From: Armatimonadota bacterium
GTDB taxonomy: Bacteria; Armatimonadota; UBA10988
Assembly: GCA_016235455.1 (NCBI GenBank)
Contig: JACRKZ010000093.1
Location: 1 to 64,000, forward strand
Direction of reading: 5' to 3'
DNA length: 64,000 bases
Made by a program: the position numbers and the translations under genes. Below the pieces are notes generated by a model. The model was not told the origin of the DNA and ran no database searches. It saw only the letters and a list, made by a program, of their open reading frames with translations. This document shows, one piece after another, positions 54,220-64,000 of the stretch; within the stretch, counting starts at the first letter, position 1; every line of letters starts with the position of its first letter.

Positions 54220-54966
54220 CTACAAGCCGGCGCAGCACGGGCACCAGGGGTCTTTGGGCACGTTCAGGGCGAATGCGTCGCCTGCCATGGTATCGAATAG
54301 CATGACACGGCCCAAAAGCGGCGCCACGCGGGGATGTTGCGGCAGCAGCAGCTTGAGTGTCTCGGCGGCGCAGCAGCAACCCACCTGACCCGCCAGCGGG
54401 CCCAGCACGCCTTGTGTGGCGACCTCGGCGGGTGGCGCCGGGAACCGGCAGCGATAGCACGGCCCGCCCAACGCGGGCGCATAGACCGCCACCTGCCCCT
54501 CGCCCTGGTAGACGCTGCCATCGATCCACGGCCGGCCAAGGCGCACGCAGGCGTCGTTGACCACATAGCGCAGGGCGTAGCTGTCGCCCGCGGCAACGAC
54601 GGCATCGTACTCGGCCAGCACCAACTCGGCGTTGTCGGCCGTGAGCGCGATGCTCAGGCCGCGCACCTCGACCTCGGGGTTGGCCTGCGTCAGCCGGGTG
54701 GCGGCTCGCTCGGTCTTGAGCAGGCCCAGGTCAGCCGGCCCGAAGAGGATCTGGCGGGGCAGGTCGGCGGGCGCCACGCGGTCGTGGTCGATCAGTGCCA
54801 GTCGGCCGACGCCCGCGGCGGCCAGATACAGCGCGCACGGCCCACCCACGCCGCCCAGCCCGACCACCGCCACCGACGCATCACGCCACGCCTGCTGCCC
54901 GGCCTGGCCGACCTCGGGCAGCATGATCTGGCGCGCGTAGCGTTCGTGGTCCAGTGCGCTGAGCAT
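54220..54966 (-). CDS. HesA/MoeB/ThiF family adenylyltransferase
   Basis: RYARQIML, VGLGGVG, LAAAGVG, CYRC and CPCC zinc motifs; no rhodanese domain. Confidence 0.92.
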   Translation of the reverse strand: MLSALDHERYARQIMLPEVGQAGQQAWRDASVAVVGLGGVGGPCALYLAAAGVGRLALIDHDRVAPADLPRQILFGPADLGLLKTERAATRLTQANPEVEVRGLSIALTADNAELVLAEYDAVVAAGDSYALRYVVNDACVRLGRPWIDGSVYQGEGQVAVYAPALGGPCYRCRFPAPPAEVATQGVLGPLAGQVGCCCAAETLKLLLPQHPRVAPLLGRVMLFDTMAGDAFALNVPKDPWCPCCAGL

Positions 54967-54977
54967 GGTTGCCGTCC

Positions 54978-55817
54978 TCACCTGTGCCGCTCGGCCGCGC
55001 CGCGCAGCCTGTCGAGCACCTCGTCGTCGTCGGGCACGCGACCGGGCACCTGGCCCAGGCGTACGCCGGGCTTGGTGGCGCCGTGGAAATCCGAGCCGAC
55101 GGTGATGGCCAGCCGCCAGCGCGTGGCCAGGTCGCGGTACAGCCGACGTTGGCGCGGCGTGTGCTGCGGGTAGTACACCTCCAGCCCGTCGAGTCCTCTG
55201 GCCACCCAGCGGCTCAGCGTGTCGGCCAGATCGGCCGGGCTAAGCCGCGTCTGGCAGGGATGCGCCAACACCGCCGCGCCGCCGGCCGCGTGGACCAGTT
55301 CGATGGCGTCGCCGGGCGACAGGTCCTCGCGCGGCACATACAGCGGCGAATCGTCCGCCAGGTAGCGCTCGAAGGCCTGGTAGATGCTGCTCACCGCGCC
55401 CAACTCCACCATGGCCTGAGCCATGTGCGGGCGGCCGATCTGCTCGCCGCCGGCCAGTCGGTCGAGCTGTTCCATCGTAACGGCGAAGCCGGCGGCGTTG
55501 AGCCGCTCGACCATGGTCACGTTGCGCACGCGGCGCGCGGCCTGCAGTTGGGCCAGCACGGTCCGCAGCCCAGCGTGGTGCGGGTCGATGTGGTAGCCCA
55601 GCAGGTGCAGGTTGCCCCGCGCCCAGGTCAGGCTGAGCTCCACGCCGACGATGATCTCGACATCCTGGCGATCGTCGGGCAGCCGGTCGTAGGCGTCGAC
55701 GTTGTCGTGGTCGGTGATGGCCAGCGCGCGCAGGCCCGCGGCGGCGGCGGCGGCCACCAGTTCCGCCGGCGTCAGCGTGCCGTCGGAGCAGACGGTATGG
55801 CTATGCAGATCGATCAT
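54978..55817 (-). CDS. PHP domain protein (YciV/TrpH-like)
   Basis: IDLHSHTVCSDG, AITDHD, GVELS, HLLGY, GRPH, LAHP, GSDFHG; ATGA overlap with murC. Confidence 0.94.
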   Translation of the reverse strand: MIDLHSHTVCSDGTLTPAELVAAAAAAGLRALAITDHDNVDAYDRLPDDRQDVEIIVGVELSLTWARGNLHLLGYHIDPHHAGLRTVLAQLQAARRVRNVTMVERLNAAGFAVTMEQLDRLAGGEQIGRPHMAQAMVELGAVSSIYQAFERYLADDSPLYVPREDLSPGDAIELVHAAGGAAVLAHPCQTRLSPADLADTLSRWVARGLDGLEVYYPQHTPRQRRLYRDLATRWRLAITVGSDFHGATKPGVRLGQVPGRVPDDDEVLDRLRGAAERHR

Positions 55818-57142
55818 GCTCGCTCTGTCCGCACCCACTCGGCCAAGCGATGCGCCAGCGCGGTCACGTCGCCGGCGCCCATGACGAGCCATGTCTCGCG
55901 GTCGCCGGCGGCGGCGGTCAGGCGCGCGAAGGCGTCGTCGTGCCCACCCACGTAGGACACGCCGGCCGCCTCGCCACCCGCCACGGCGGCCACCTGCGCG
56001 GAGTCGACACCCAGCGTGTCATGCTCGCGCGCGGCGTAGATGTCGCACAGCAGCGTCTCGTCGGCGGGGTCGAAGACCCCGGCATACTCGGCCAGCAGCG
56101 CCCTGGTGCGCGCGAACTGGTGCGGTTCATAGACCACTCTAAGGCGTCGGCCCAGTTGCGTCGCCGCCAGCACCGTGGCGCGCACCTCGGCCGGATGGTG
56201 AGCATAGTCGTCGACCACCACGATGCCGCCGCTATCGACCAGCCGCTCGAAGCGCCGTGCCGTGCCGCCGAACCGCCCGATCAACTCCGCGGCACGGGCC
56301 AACGGCACGCCGGCCTCGACCGCGGCGGCGACCGCGGCGGCGGCGTTCTGGGCGTTGTGGCGGCCCACGGCGGCCAGTTCCACCGTCACGCTCTCGCCTT
56401 CGGGCGAGGTCAGCGCAAAGCGTTGCCCGACGGCGCTGGGCACGGGCTCGCCGGTGCGCCAATCGGCCCCGGCGGCGAAGCCGTAGGTCTGCACGCGGCA
56501 CACCGCCGCGTCGGCCAGGGCGGCGGCGGTGGGGCAGTCGGCGCCCAGCAGCAGCAGCCCGTCGGGCCGCACCTGGCTGACGAACTGGCGGAACGTCGCG
56601 ACGTAATCGGCCAGGTCCACGTAGATGTCGGGGTGGTCGTTCTCGACGTTGGTGACGATGGCCGTGCGCGGTTCGAGCGCCAGGAAGGCCCGCGCATACT
56701 CGTCGGCCTCGACCACCACCCACTCGCCGGCGCCGACGCGGCAGTTGGTGCCATAGTTGCCCACCAGGCTGCCGACCAGGAAGGTCGGGTCGAGCCCGGC
56801 CTCGACCAGGATGACCGAGGCCATGCCTGACGTGGTGGTCTTGCCATGCGTGCCGGCCACGCACAGGCCGCTCTTGGGATTGACCGCGGCGCCGAGCACA
56901 TCCGCGCGACTCCGAATCGGCAGGCCGCGTTGTCGCGCGGCAGTCAACTCGGGATTCTCGGCCGGCACAGCGGCCGAAACGGCCAGCCAATCGACGTCGT
57001 CGGCCAGGTTGGCCGCGTCGTGTCCGATGTAGACGGTGATGCCTTCGGCGGCCAGCGCGCGCGTGTAGTCGGAGGCGGCCTGGTCCGAGCCGGAGACGCG
57101 ATGTCCCTGGGCGGTGAGCAGCCGGGCGATGGCGCTCATCAT
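55814..57142 (-). CDS. murC: UDP-N-acetylmuramate-L-alanine ligase, N-terminally truncated
   Basis: MSAIA..VSGSD, AGTHGKTTTS, VEADEY, DH, HN..N, RRFE, DDYAHHP, MGAGD; the GIGGxG motif is missing, with an in-frame TGA 10 codons upstream. Confidence 0.88.
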   Translation of the reverse strand: MMSAIARLLTAQGHRVSGSDQAASDYTRALAAEGITVYIGHDAANLADDVDWLAVSAAVPAENPELTAARQRGLPIRSRADVLGAAVNPKSGLCVAGTHGKTTTSGMASVILVEAGLDPTFLVGSLVGNYGTNCRVGAGEWVVVEADEYARAFLALEPRTAIVTNVENDHPDIYVDLADYVATFRQFVSQVRPDGLLLLGADCPTAAALADAAVCRVQTYGFAAGADWRTGEPVPSAVGQRFALTSPEGESVTVELAAVGRHNAQNAAAAVAAAVEAGVPLARAAELIGRFGGTARRFERLVDSGGIVVVDDYAHHPAEVRATVLAATQLGRRLRVVYEPHQFARTRALLAEYAGVFDPADETLLCDIYAAREHDTLGVDSAQVAAVAGGEAAGVSYVGGHDDAFARLTAAAGDRETWLVMGAGDVTALAHRLAEWVRTERA

Positions 57143-60100
57143 GCAGCCAGCGGTCCAGGCTCGGGCAGATCAGCCAGCGGGCCAGCGTGATCCCCTGGCG
57201 TGGCAGTTTGCGCCGAGGCTCGGTGGCGGCGACCTTCTGGACCGCGCGCCGCGGCTCGGCCAGAGCCAGGGCGGCGAGCTGAGTCGTGACGCTCGACACG
57301 TCCGGCGCCAGCGCGTCCGCGGGCGCCGCGCCAACGATCTGCGGGTGCCCCTCGTCGAGGCTGCGTTCCAGACCCGGATCGAGCAGTGCACGGGCCACCT
57401 GCAACGGGTCGGCGCGCGGCGCCGCGACGTAGCTGTAGCCGCGCCTGCTCGCGGGCCGCACGCCGCGGCTTGGTGCGGGCAGGGCGTCGAGCCAGGCACG
57501 GGTGGCGATGGGCGCCGCCTCGGCGGCCAGGGGGATCAGCCAGTCGGGCGTGGTGTCACACAGCGCCTCGTCGACCAGGCGTTCGGCGGCATCGGCGGTC
57601 GCCAAGGTGGCGGCGATGAGCCGGGCATCGGCCGCCAGTGGCGCCGGCAAGGCCTTGAGCAGCGCTTCGCCACCGGGCCGAGCGGCCAGCGCGGGCAGCC
57701 AACGCTCCGCGGCGTCCTCATCGAACGAGGCGCCCATCCACCGTAACGCGGCGGACGCGGCGGCGGCGTGCGCGCCCAGGCGAGCCAGACCGACGATGTT
57801 GGTGCGGCGGAGGGCGCGTAGCGAGTCGGGGCTGGCGTGAGCCAGGGTGGCGTCCATCAGGTCCGCTCGGCGGCCAGCATAGCGCGCCATGGTGAACAGC
57901 CACTGCCGTGTGTGGGCCGGCGTGGTGTCCGCTGTCAGCACGCGCCGCAGCGCCTCGATGGCGCCGGGACGGTCGAGTTGTGCGGCAAGGAATGCGCGCA
58001 GGTCCCTGGCCTCGGCCGTCTCGTTGGGCGGCACGGGCGTCTGGTCGAGCAGCTCGCCGGCGCGAGCCACCTCGCTCGCGGCGGCCAGCGCCAGCCCGAC
58101 GGTCAGCCGCAGCACGGTGCGTTGGCTCGCATCGAGAGCATCGGCCAGGCGCAGTGCGCCGAGCATCGCCGTCGGGCGCGCCAGCACGGCGCCCGGCAGC
58201 GCCTCCTCAAGCAGCGCGCGGCCCGCCGTAGCGTGCGGGTCCAGGGCGGCCAGCAACTCGACCGCGCGGCCGGGGTCGATCTCGGCCAGCAGCGTCGGCA
58301 CGGCGGCCTGGCAGCGGTTGTCGTGCGTCGGTGTCGTCCAGATGTCCATGAGCAACGCTTCGGCGGCGTCCCGCATCTGGTCGCGGCTCGGTGTCACCAC
58401 CGGGCGGACGGTGATGGTCAGGTCGCCGCCGTCCGCGGCGGTGGTGCCTTCGCCCGCCAGCGCGCCACGACCGGCGACGAGCCGGATCGGGCCGGGCCGC
58501 AGGTTGGCGAGCGCGAAGCGCCCCTCGTCATCGGACCAGGCGCGTGCGGGCGGGTGGCTGTCGGCGTCGTCGCAGGTGGAGACCAGAGCACCGGCCAGCG
58601 GCTGGCCGGCGGCATCGACCACGCGGCCGGCCGCGCGGCCAGCGCGCCGCTTGAGCACCAGGTCGGGCAGCGTCACCTGCTCGCCGGCGGCGGTGCCGGA
58701 CACGCCATCGGGGTCGCAGTCAGGGAGGTCGCCGGCCATCACCAGGAAATGGCCGCCGCGCGGCACCGCAAGCGGTCCACTGAGGGCGTAACGACCCTCG
58801 GCGTCGGTCGTCGCGCGGTAGTACCACTCGACGCTGTTGGCCTTGGCGCCGGCGTCGATACGCAGCGGCGCGTGAACCACTGGCTGGCCGGCCTTGTCGA
58901 GCACGCGGCCGGCGATGGCGGTGCGCGCCAGGGCCGGCACCACCACCCGCTGCGCCGTCGCCGACCAGGTGGCCAGGTCGACCGTCTGCTGGGCACGAAC
59001 GACCTCGCTGGGCTCGACCACATGGAGATTGGACTGTCCTTCGTGAGGCACGGCGCGCAGCGTGCAGCGGCCGGCGTCGTCGGTATCCGCCATGCGGTGC
59101 AGCGAAGGGCCGAGCAGGTAGACCCCAACTCCGGCCACCGGCCGGTCCTGGTCGTCGACCACGGTGACGGCCACGTCGCGGCCGCGCTCGAAGCGTACCG
59201 GCAGCTCCTGCGTCGGCCTGTCGGCGGCCAGCGTGCCGGTCAGGCGCTGCTCGCGCCGGGCCCAGCCGTCCTCCTGAGGCGCGTGGCAGGTCAGTTGGTA
59301 CGGGCCGGGCAGGCAGCGCATTTGCAGGCGGCCGTCGGCGCCCGTGCGCAGCTCCCGCGCCGTGCTCCCCGGCTGCGGCTCACCGACGATGATCGCCACA
59401 TCGGGTATCGGCGCGCCGGTCGCGGCGTCGGTGGCGACCAGCGTGACCAGCATGCCGGGCTCGCCAACTAGGTCGGTGCCGGCCGTGGTGGCCGAGGGCG
59501 CCAGCGGCACCTTGTCGCGGTTCGGCGTGAGGGCTGGGCCGGTGGGGTCATCCAGGCCGACCTGCACATACCGCGCGCGCAGATGGCCTGAGCGGTAGCG
59601 CCCCTGGGCATCGGTGCGCACCGTCTGCGTGGCGCCGATGTCGGCTGCGGGGCGGATGACGATGCCGTTCACCCCCGCGGCGGCGGCTTGGAACTCGGGC
59701 GCGGGCCGAATGGTCACCGTGCAGCCGGCCAGCGCGCGGCCCTGGCGGTCGGTCACGCGACCGCTGACCACGGTCGGCGGCGCCAGCCGCACGGTCCAGT
59801 CGCCGCGGGCATGGCCATCAGGCTGCGCGGGCCCGATGACACGCTGGGTCGGGTGCGTCACCTCGACCCAGGCGCCCAGCGGCGGCCAGCGGTCGAACCG
59901 CCACGCGCCGTCGGCGCTGGTGGTGCAGGTCAGGTCGCCCTGCGGCCAGGCGACGTTGAGCCAGGGGAAGAGTGGGTCGGCCAGGCCGGTCACGGTCACC
60001 ACGGCGCCGGCCACGGGCTGGCCCTCGGGGGTCAGCAGGCGGCCGGTACGCTGGACCCACGACCGGAGCGTGATCGTCACCGGCATCTGGCAAGCGGATG

Positions 60101-60371
60101 CGTCCAATGGCAGGAGGCCCTGGCCCTGGTCGTCCCAGGCCACGACGGTGCCGTTCATGCCGTTGATAACGCGCGGGTTGTCCAGGTGGAAGCGGCCCTG
60201 CTCATCGGCTGTGGTCTCATGCCGGTCTCCGCACCAGCAGTCCTCCCACGCCAGCCGCGCGCGCGCCGCCGGCTGACCATCGGGCCGCAGTACACGCCCG
60301 TTCAACTCGTCGGCCCAAGCGCCGGCCGTAACCAACAGCACACCCAGCCACGCCCACCACCACCTGATCAT
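57143..60371 (-). CDS. Large secreted protein with carboxypeptidase-regulatory-like repeats and helical C-terminus; 3' end lost (ORF runs out of frame into murC to 56232)
   Basis: Signal peptide; many GRV.D..G.P.AGA.V / TD..GR(Y/F) repeats; collinear with 60469-63759 up to LARWLICPSLDRW. Confidence 0.82.
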
Positions 60372-60468
60372 TCCCGGTCCCCTCGAGCAGGTTGTTTACA
60401 ACCATGTGTTACCTACCCCGGACCAACGTGGGTCAAACGCGCCGGCATGTCGGGTGGCCGGCCGAGCC

Positions 60469-63400
60469 TCAGGCACCGGGCCGCGCGCCAGCGGTCAGCC
60501 AGGCCAGCAGCATCTCACGGCGCGGCCAGTCGGGCTGCCACCGCGCTGGGCTCGGCCGGCTAAGGAAGCGGCCCAGGTCGTAGAGCGCCCGCCGCCGACT
60601 GGACTCCTCGGGGATGGCTTGGGCCATCTGCAGGGCACGTCGCGCGTCCAGCAGGCTCAGGGCGAGGAGCTGGGCCGAGCCCACGACCTGTCGGGCATCG
60701 CCTGGGAGCAGGTAGTCGCGCTCCAGGTCGCGCTGTGACTCACACTCTGACCGGACCATGCCGGGGTTGAGCACCAGCAGGGCGGCACGACGGGCCAGGT
60801 CGGCAGACGAGACGCTCGGCGGCTGGAGGAAGTGCATGGTCATCGGCGGCGCCTGCCTGGCAAGCCAGGCACCTATGGCCTCCGGCGAACGCATCGCGGC
60901 CAGCGGCAGCCAGTCATCGCCGCCGAAGTCGGACAGCGCGTTGGCGAGCGCCAGGGCGCTCAACTCGACCGGAACGCCGGCCAGGAGCGCCGCGGCGGGT
61001 TGGGCCGTTGCCGGCAGTCGATCGCGCAGGGCTGCCGCGCGTGCACTCGGTCCTGCCGCGAGCACCGGCAGCCAGCGCTGCCAGTCCTTGGCGTCGTAGC
61101 CGTCGCCGAGCGTGTGCAGGAGTGAGTCCACGGCTGCCTCGGGACTGCGGCGGGCCAGCGCCACGGCGTTGGCGAGTTGTGCGCGCTCCACGGAGGCGTG
61201 GTTGACCACGGCGTTGGTGATCGCGTCCAGCAGGTCCTGGCGAGCACCGGTCAGCCAGGCCAGCGTCACCGCCCAGTCGCGGTCCGTGCCCGGTATGGAC
61301 GCCCGGTCCAGCGCTTGCCGCAGCGCCACACCTGCGCCCGGCCGGTCCAGTCGCGCGGCAAGCAGCGCGCGGGTTGCCTCGGTGACCGCGTGAGCCGGCT
61401 CGGTCAGCGGCGTCGCGTCGAGCAGTTGCGCCGCCATCGCCGGTTGTCCATCATCGACCAGCGCCAGACCAGCGATGAGCCGCACTGCCGCGCGCAGCGG
61501 GCCGGGCAGCCGGTCGGCCAAGCGCAGCGTACCGACCATCTCGCTTGGGGCGGCGTCGATCGCGTCCAGCAGGTCGAGCGCGAAGCCTCGGCCATCGCCG
61601 ATGGCACCGCCGGCGGTGCGTTCCAGGAGCCTGGTCGCCGCGGGGGCGTCGACGCTGGCCAGCAGGCCGGGGCAGTTGTCGGGCCAGCCGGCCTGCAGGG
61701 CGCGACTGGCGACCGCGCACCGCTCGGCGTCGCTGGTCCAGGTGATGGGCCGCAGCACCAGGTCAGGCCCGTCGGCGCCGTCGGACAGCATGGCCTCGCC
61801 ATAGCGCTGGTCGAGGCCGGCGACGATGCGGCGCGGGCCGTGCTCGAGGCCGGAGAGCACGAAGCGCCCCTCGGCGTCGGTGCGGGTCGAGTAGTCGTCA
61901 TGGTGGAACCCGTCAGGTGAACGGACCACCGCGTAGAACACCGGCCGTCCATCGCTGTCCACCACTCGGCCGCGCACCACGGCGTCGACGGCGACCATGA
62001 CTATGTCCGGCAGTTGGGTCTGGGCAGCACCCGTAGACACGCTCACCTCTGTCGAGGTCCTTCCCTCGGCCCAGACGGAGAGCGTGTAGGGCTGGCTCGC
62101 CGGCGGCCCCATGTCGCCGGCCAACTGGTAGAAGCCCTCACCATCGGTTTCGGCCTGGAAGCCCCAACTCGATTGGTCCGACGGCACCACCGCTTCCAGC
62201 CGCAGTGTCGCGCGCGACGCAGGCCGGCCCAGGTTGTCGAGGACGCGTCCACTGAAGGTAGTTCGGTTCACCGGTGCCACGTCGAACGCGACGGGCGCGG
62301 GCCGATGGGCAGTGGCATCGACCGTCAGTTCGCCGCGCACCAGACCGCTGGGTTCGATGGCGGTCAGGACGACCTCTTTGCTCGGCGGCACGGCGGGCAG
62401 CACGAACCGACCCAGATGATCCGTGGTGGTCGCCGAGTTGCTACGGTCGCGCTCGATGGTGATGCCGTCCAGCGGTCGTCCGCCCTCGGTGACGACGCCG
62501 CGTAGCTCGCGGCCGCGGGTCAGCCGCACAGTCACCGAGGTCCTCGCGGTATGGGTTCTCAACATGCCCTGGACGGAGGTCTGGTCGGCCTCGGCGAACC
62601 AGCTCCACGGCAGCTCCCAGGCCAAGTCGAACGCGCCGGGCAAGGCCCGCAGCGTCAGGTGCCCGTCGTCGCCAGTGCGCGCCGCGGTCGGGGCCACGGT
62701 GTCTCCATCGCCCACCGAGCCCCACACCCGGACCCCGGGCACGCCTCGCCCTGTGCGCTCGTCGACGAAGGCCACGTCCAGCAGCGCGCCCGGCTGGGCG
62801 ACGAAGTCGATGCCCTCTACCGTGCTGCCCTCCACCAGCTCCACCCGCTTGGCGGCGCCGGCCACGACCGGGCTGCGCAGGCTGGACAGGCCGACGAGCA
62901 CCGCCCCCTGCCACAGCGTGTGCGTCTCCAGGTGCCCGAACCGGTAGCGGCCCGCGGCATCGGTCCGGGCCACCCCGCACTCGTCGCCCGACGCTTCGGC
63001 AGTTAGCACCGCGCCACGCACGGGCCGACCGCTGGGATCGGTGACGCGGCCGGAGACGCTGCTGGCCGGACCCACGCGGTAGCGCGGCCGGCGGTTCGTC
63101 CAGAGATGGCCGGCATCCTCGGGCACGACGCGGTACTGGCGATGGCTCACCGCCAGCACGCCGTCGCACGCCGGCCACCGGTCGACGTGCCAACGCCCGC
63201 GCGCATCGCTTGTGGTGGCTACGTCGAGCGCCGCGGGCACGGGCACCGTCTCCGACGCGCCGCGACCTACCGGCAGGCGCGCCAGTCGCACGGTTGCGAC
63301 AGCCAGCGGCTGGTCGTCGACAGTGAGCAGTTGGCCGGCGGCCCGGACCCACGGGGCCAGCGTCAGGTCCAGCCTGGCTGGCTCGGTGATGCCCAAGGAG

Positions 63401-63759
63401 GGCTCCGGCGGCCAGTCGTCACCGACGATGACAGGAGACGTGATAAGGCCTTCCTCGATGCCCGGAAAGTAGTACTGCGGCGGGCGCAGCCGGCGTGCCG
63501 TGGTGTCCGCCGCCAGACCATCGGGCCCGTAGGCGACGACCGCGCCATCCCAGGCGAGATCAAAGTGGTCGCTCTCGAACCGGTAGCGCCCACGCTCGTC
63601 CGCCTGTTGGCGATGCTCCAGGCCGCAGCCGCAATCGACCATCACGACCCACGCGCCGGCCGCGGGTCGACCGCCGGGCAAGGTGACGCGCCCCTCGAGC
63701 ACCGCGCCGCCCGCCTGCGCGCAGGCCAGCAGCAGGGCCAGGCCGACCGACCGTGTCAT
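60469..63759 (-). CDS. Large secreted protein with carboxypeptidase-regulatory-like repeats and helical C-terminus
   Basis: Signal peptide MTRSVGLALLLACAQAGG; SGRVTDPSGRPVRGA, RTDAAGRYRF, GRVVDSDGRP repeats; Ala/Leu-rich helical tail. Confidence 0.85.
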   Translation of the reverse strand: MTRSVGLALLLACAQAGGAVLEGRVTLPGGRPAAGAWVVMVDCGCGLEHRQQADERGRYRFESDHFDLAWDGAVVAYGPDGLAADTTARRLRPPQYYFPGIEEGLITSPVIVGDDWPPEPSLGITEPARLDLTLAPWVRAAGQLLTVDDQPLAVATVRLARLPVGRGASETVPVPAALDVATTSDARGRWHVDRWPACDGVLAVSHRQYRVVPEDAGHLWTNRRPRYRVGPASSVSGRVTDPSGRPVRGAVLTAEASGDECGVARTDAAGRYRFGHLETHTLWQGAVLVGLSSLRSPVVAGAAKRVELVEGSTVEGIDFVAQPGALLDVAFVDERTGRGVPGVRVWGSVGDGDTVAPTAARTGDDGHLTLRALPGAFDLAWELPWSWFAEADQTSVQGMLRTHTARTSVTVRLTRGRELRGVVTEGGRPLDGITIERDRSNSATTTDHLGRFVLPAVPPSKEVVLTAIEPSGLVRGELTVDATAHRPAPVAFDVAPVNRTTFSGRVLDNLGRPASRATLRLEAVVPSDQSSWGFQAETDGEGFYQLAGDMGPPASQPYTLSVWAEGRTSTEVSVSTGAAQTQLPDIVMVAVDAVVRGRVVDSDGRPVFYAVVRSPDGFHHDDYSTRTDAEGRFVLSGLEHGPRRIVAGLDQRYGEAMLSDGADGPDLVLRPITWTSDAERCAVASRALQAGWPDNCPGLLASVDAPAATRLLERTAGGAIGDGRGFALDLLDAIDAAPSEMVGTLRLADRLPGPLRAAVRLIAGLALVDDGQPAMAAQLLDATPLTEPAHAVTEATRALLAARLDRPGAGVALRQALDRASIPGTDRDWAVTLAWLTGARQDLLDAITNAVVNHASVERAQLANAVALARRSPEAAVDSLLHTLGDGYDAKDWQRWLPVLAAGPSARAAALRDRLPATAQPAAALLAGVPVELSALALANALSDFGGDDWLPLAAMRSPEAIGAWLARQAPPMTMHFLQPPSVSSADLARRAALLVLNPGMVRSECESQRDLERDYLLPGDARQVVGSAQLLALSLLDARRALQMAQAIPEESSRRRALYDLGRFLSRPSPARWQPDWPRREMLLAWLTAGARPGA

Positions 63760-63850
63760 CCCGTATGTCCCCTTCGCATCGCTTGGCACCGATACCCGCC
63801 GAGACCCGCGATTGTGACAGACCGGCCAATCTACTCCACCGCCACCCCCG

Positions 63851-64000
63851 TCACACACACCGTGCTCTCCCCAACCTCACTGCCGTTGGCGAAGGTCACC
63901 GTGGCGGAGCCCGAGGTCGGCACGAACGCCAGCTCCCCCGCGACGAACGCGTCGACGCCCAGCACGAGCCGGTGGTTGGCCAGGCTCTTGCCATCGGCGG
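63851..64000 (-). CDS. 3' end of an unidentified gene
   Basis: Open frame with GC3-biased codons: ADGKSLANHRLVLGVDAFVAGELAFVPTSGSATVTFANGSEVGESTVCV-stop. Confidence 0.55.

Noticed and set aside
56232-57142. C-terminal ~300 aa of the 1379-aa ORF as a real domain
   Set aside because: Arg/Gly-rich off-frame translation of murC; not protein-like.

Overview
High-GC bacterial chromosomal window from a divergent lineage. The 16S signatures and gene style suggest Armatimonadota-like, but this is unverified. Left to right it contains: a sulfate ABC segment (cysT, sbp); an EamA transporter; a convergent hicA/hicB pair; a LamG-GH95 fucosidase/sulfatase/URO-D-like trio; a MarR-TolC-adaptor-MacB-type efflux operon with a very long adaptor; GDPD, rnhB and yraN; a hybrid kinase; two Gfo/Idh/MocA paralogs, one an apparent pseudoenzyme; a response regulator, dapF and DUF951; and a complete rrn operon (16S, tRNA-Ile, tRNA-Ala, 23S, 5S). 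After the rrn come an eroded region with two radical SAM genes, a His/Met-rich lipoprotein, a secreted esterase with a duplicated unknown domain, and a surface glycosylation cassette. The best candidate for an undescribed system is a five-gene array (45.4-53.3 kb) of paralogous secreted proteins. They share STN-like N-termini and a C-terminal motif, most carry Gly/Pro/Met/Gln-rich inserts, and the array sits behind an ECF-sigma-like promoter. The window ends with csp, moeB-like, PHP, an N-terminally truncated murC joined at an apparent deletion junction, and two large paralogous carboxypeptidase-regulatory-like repeat proteins. All calls come from reading the sequence by eye; no searches were run.
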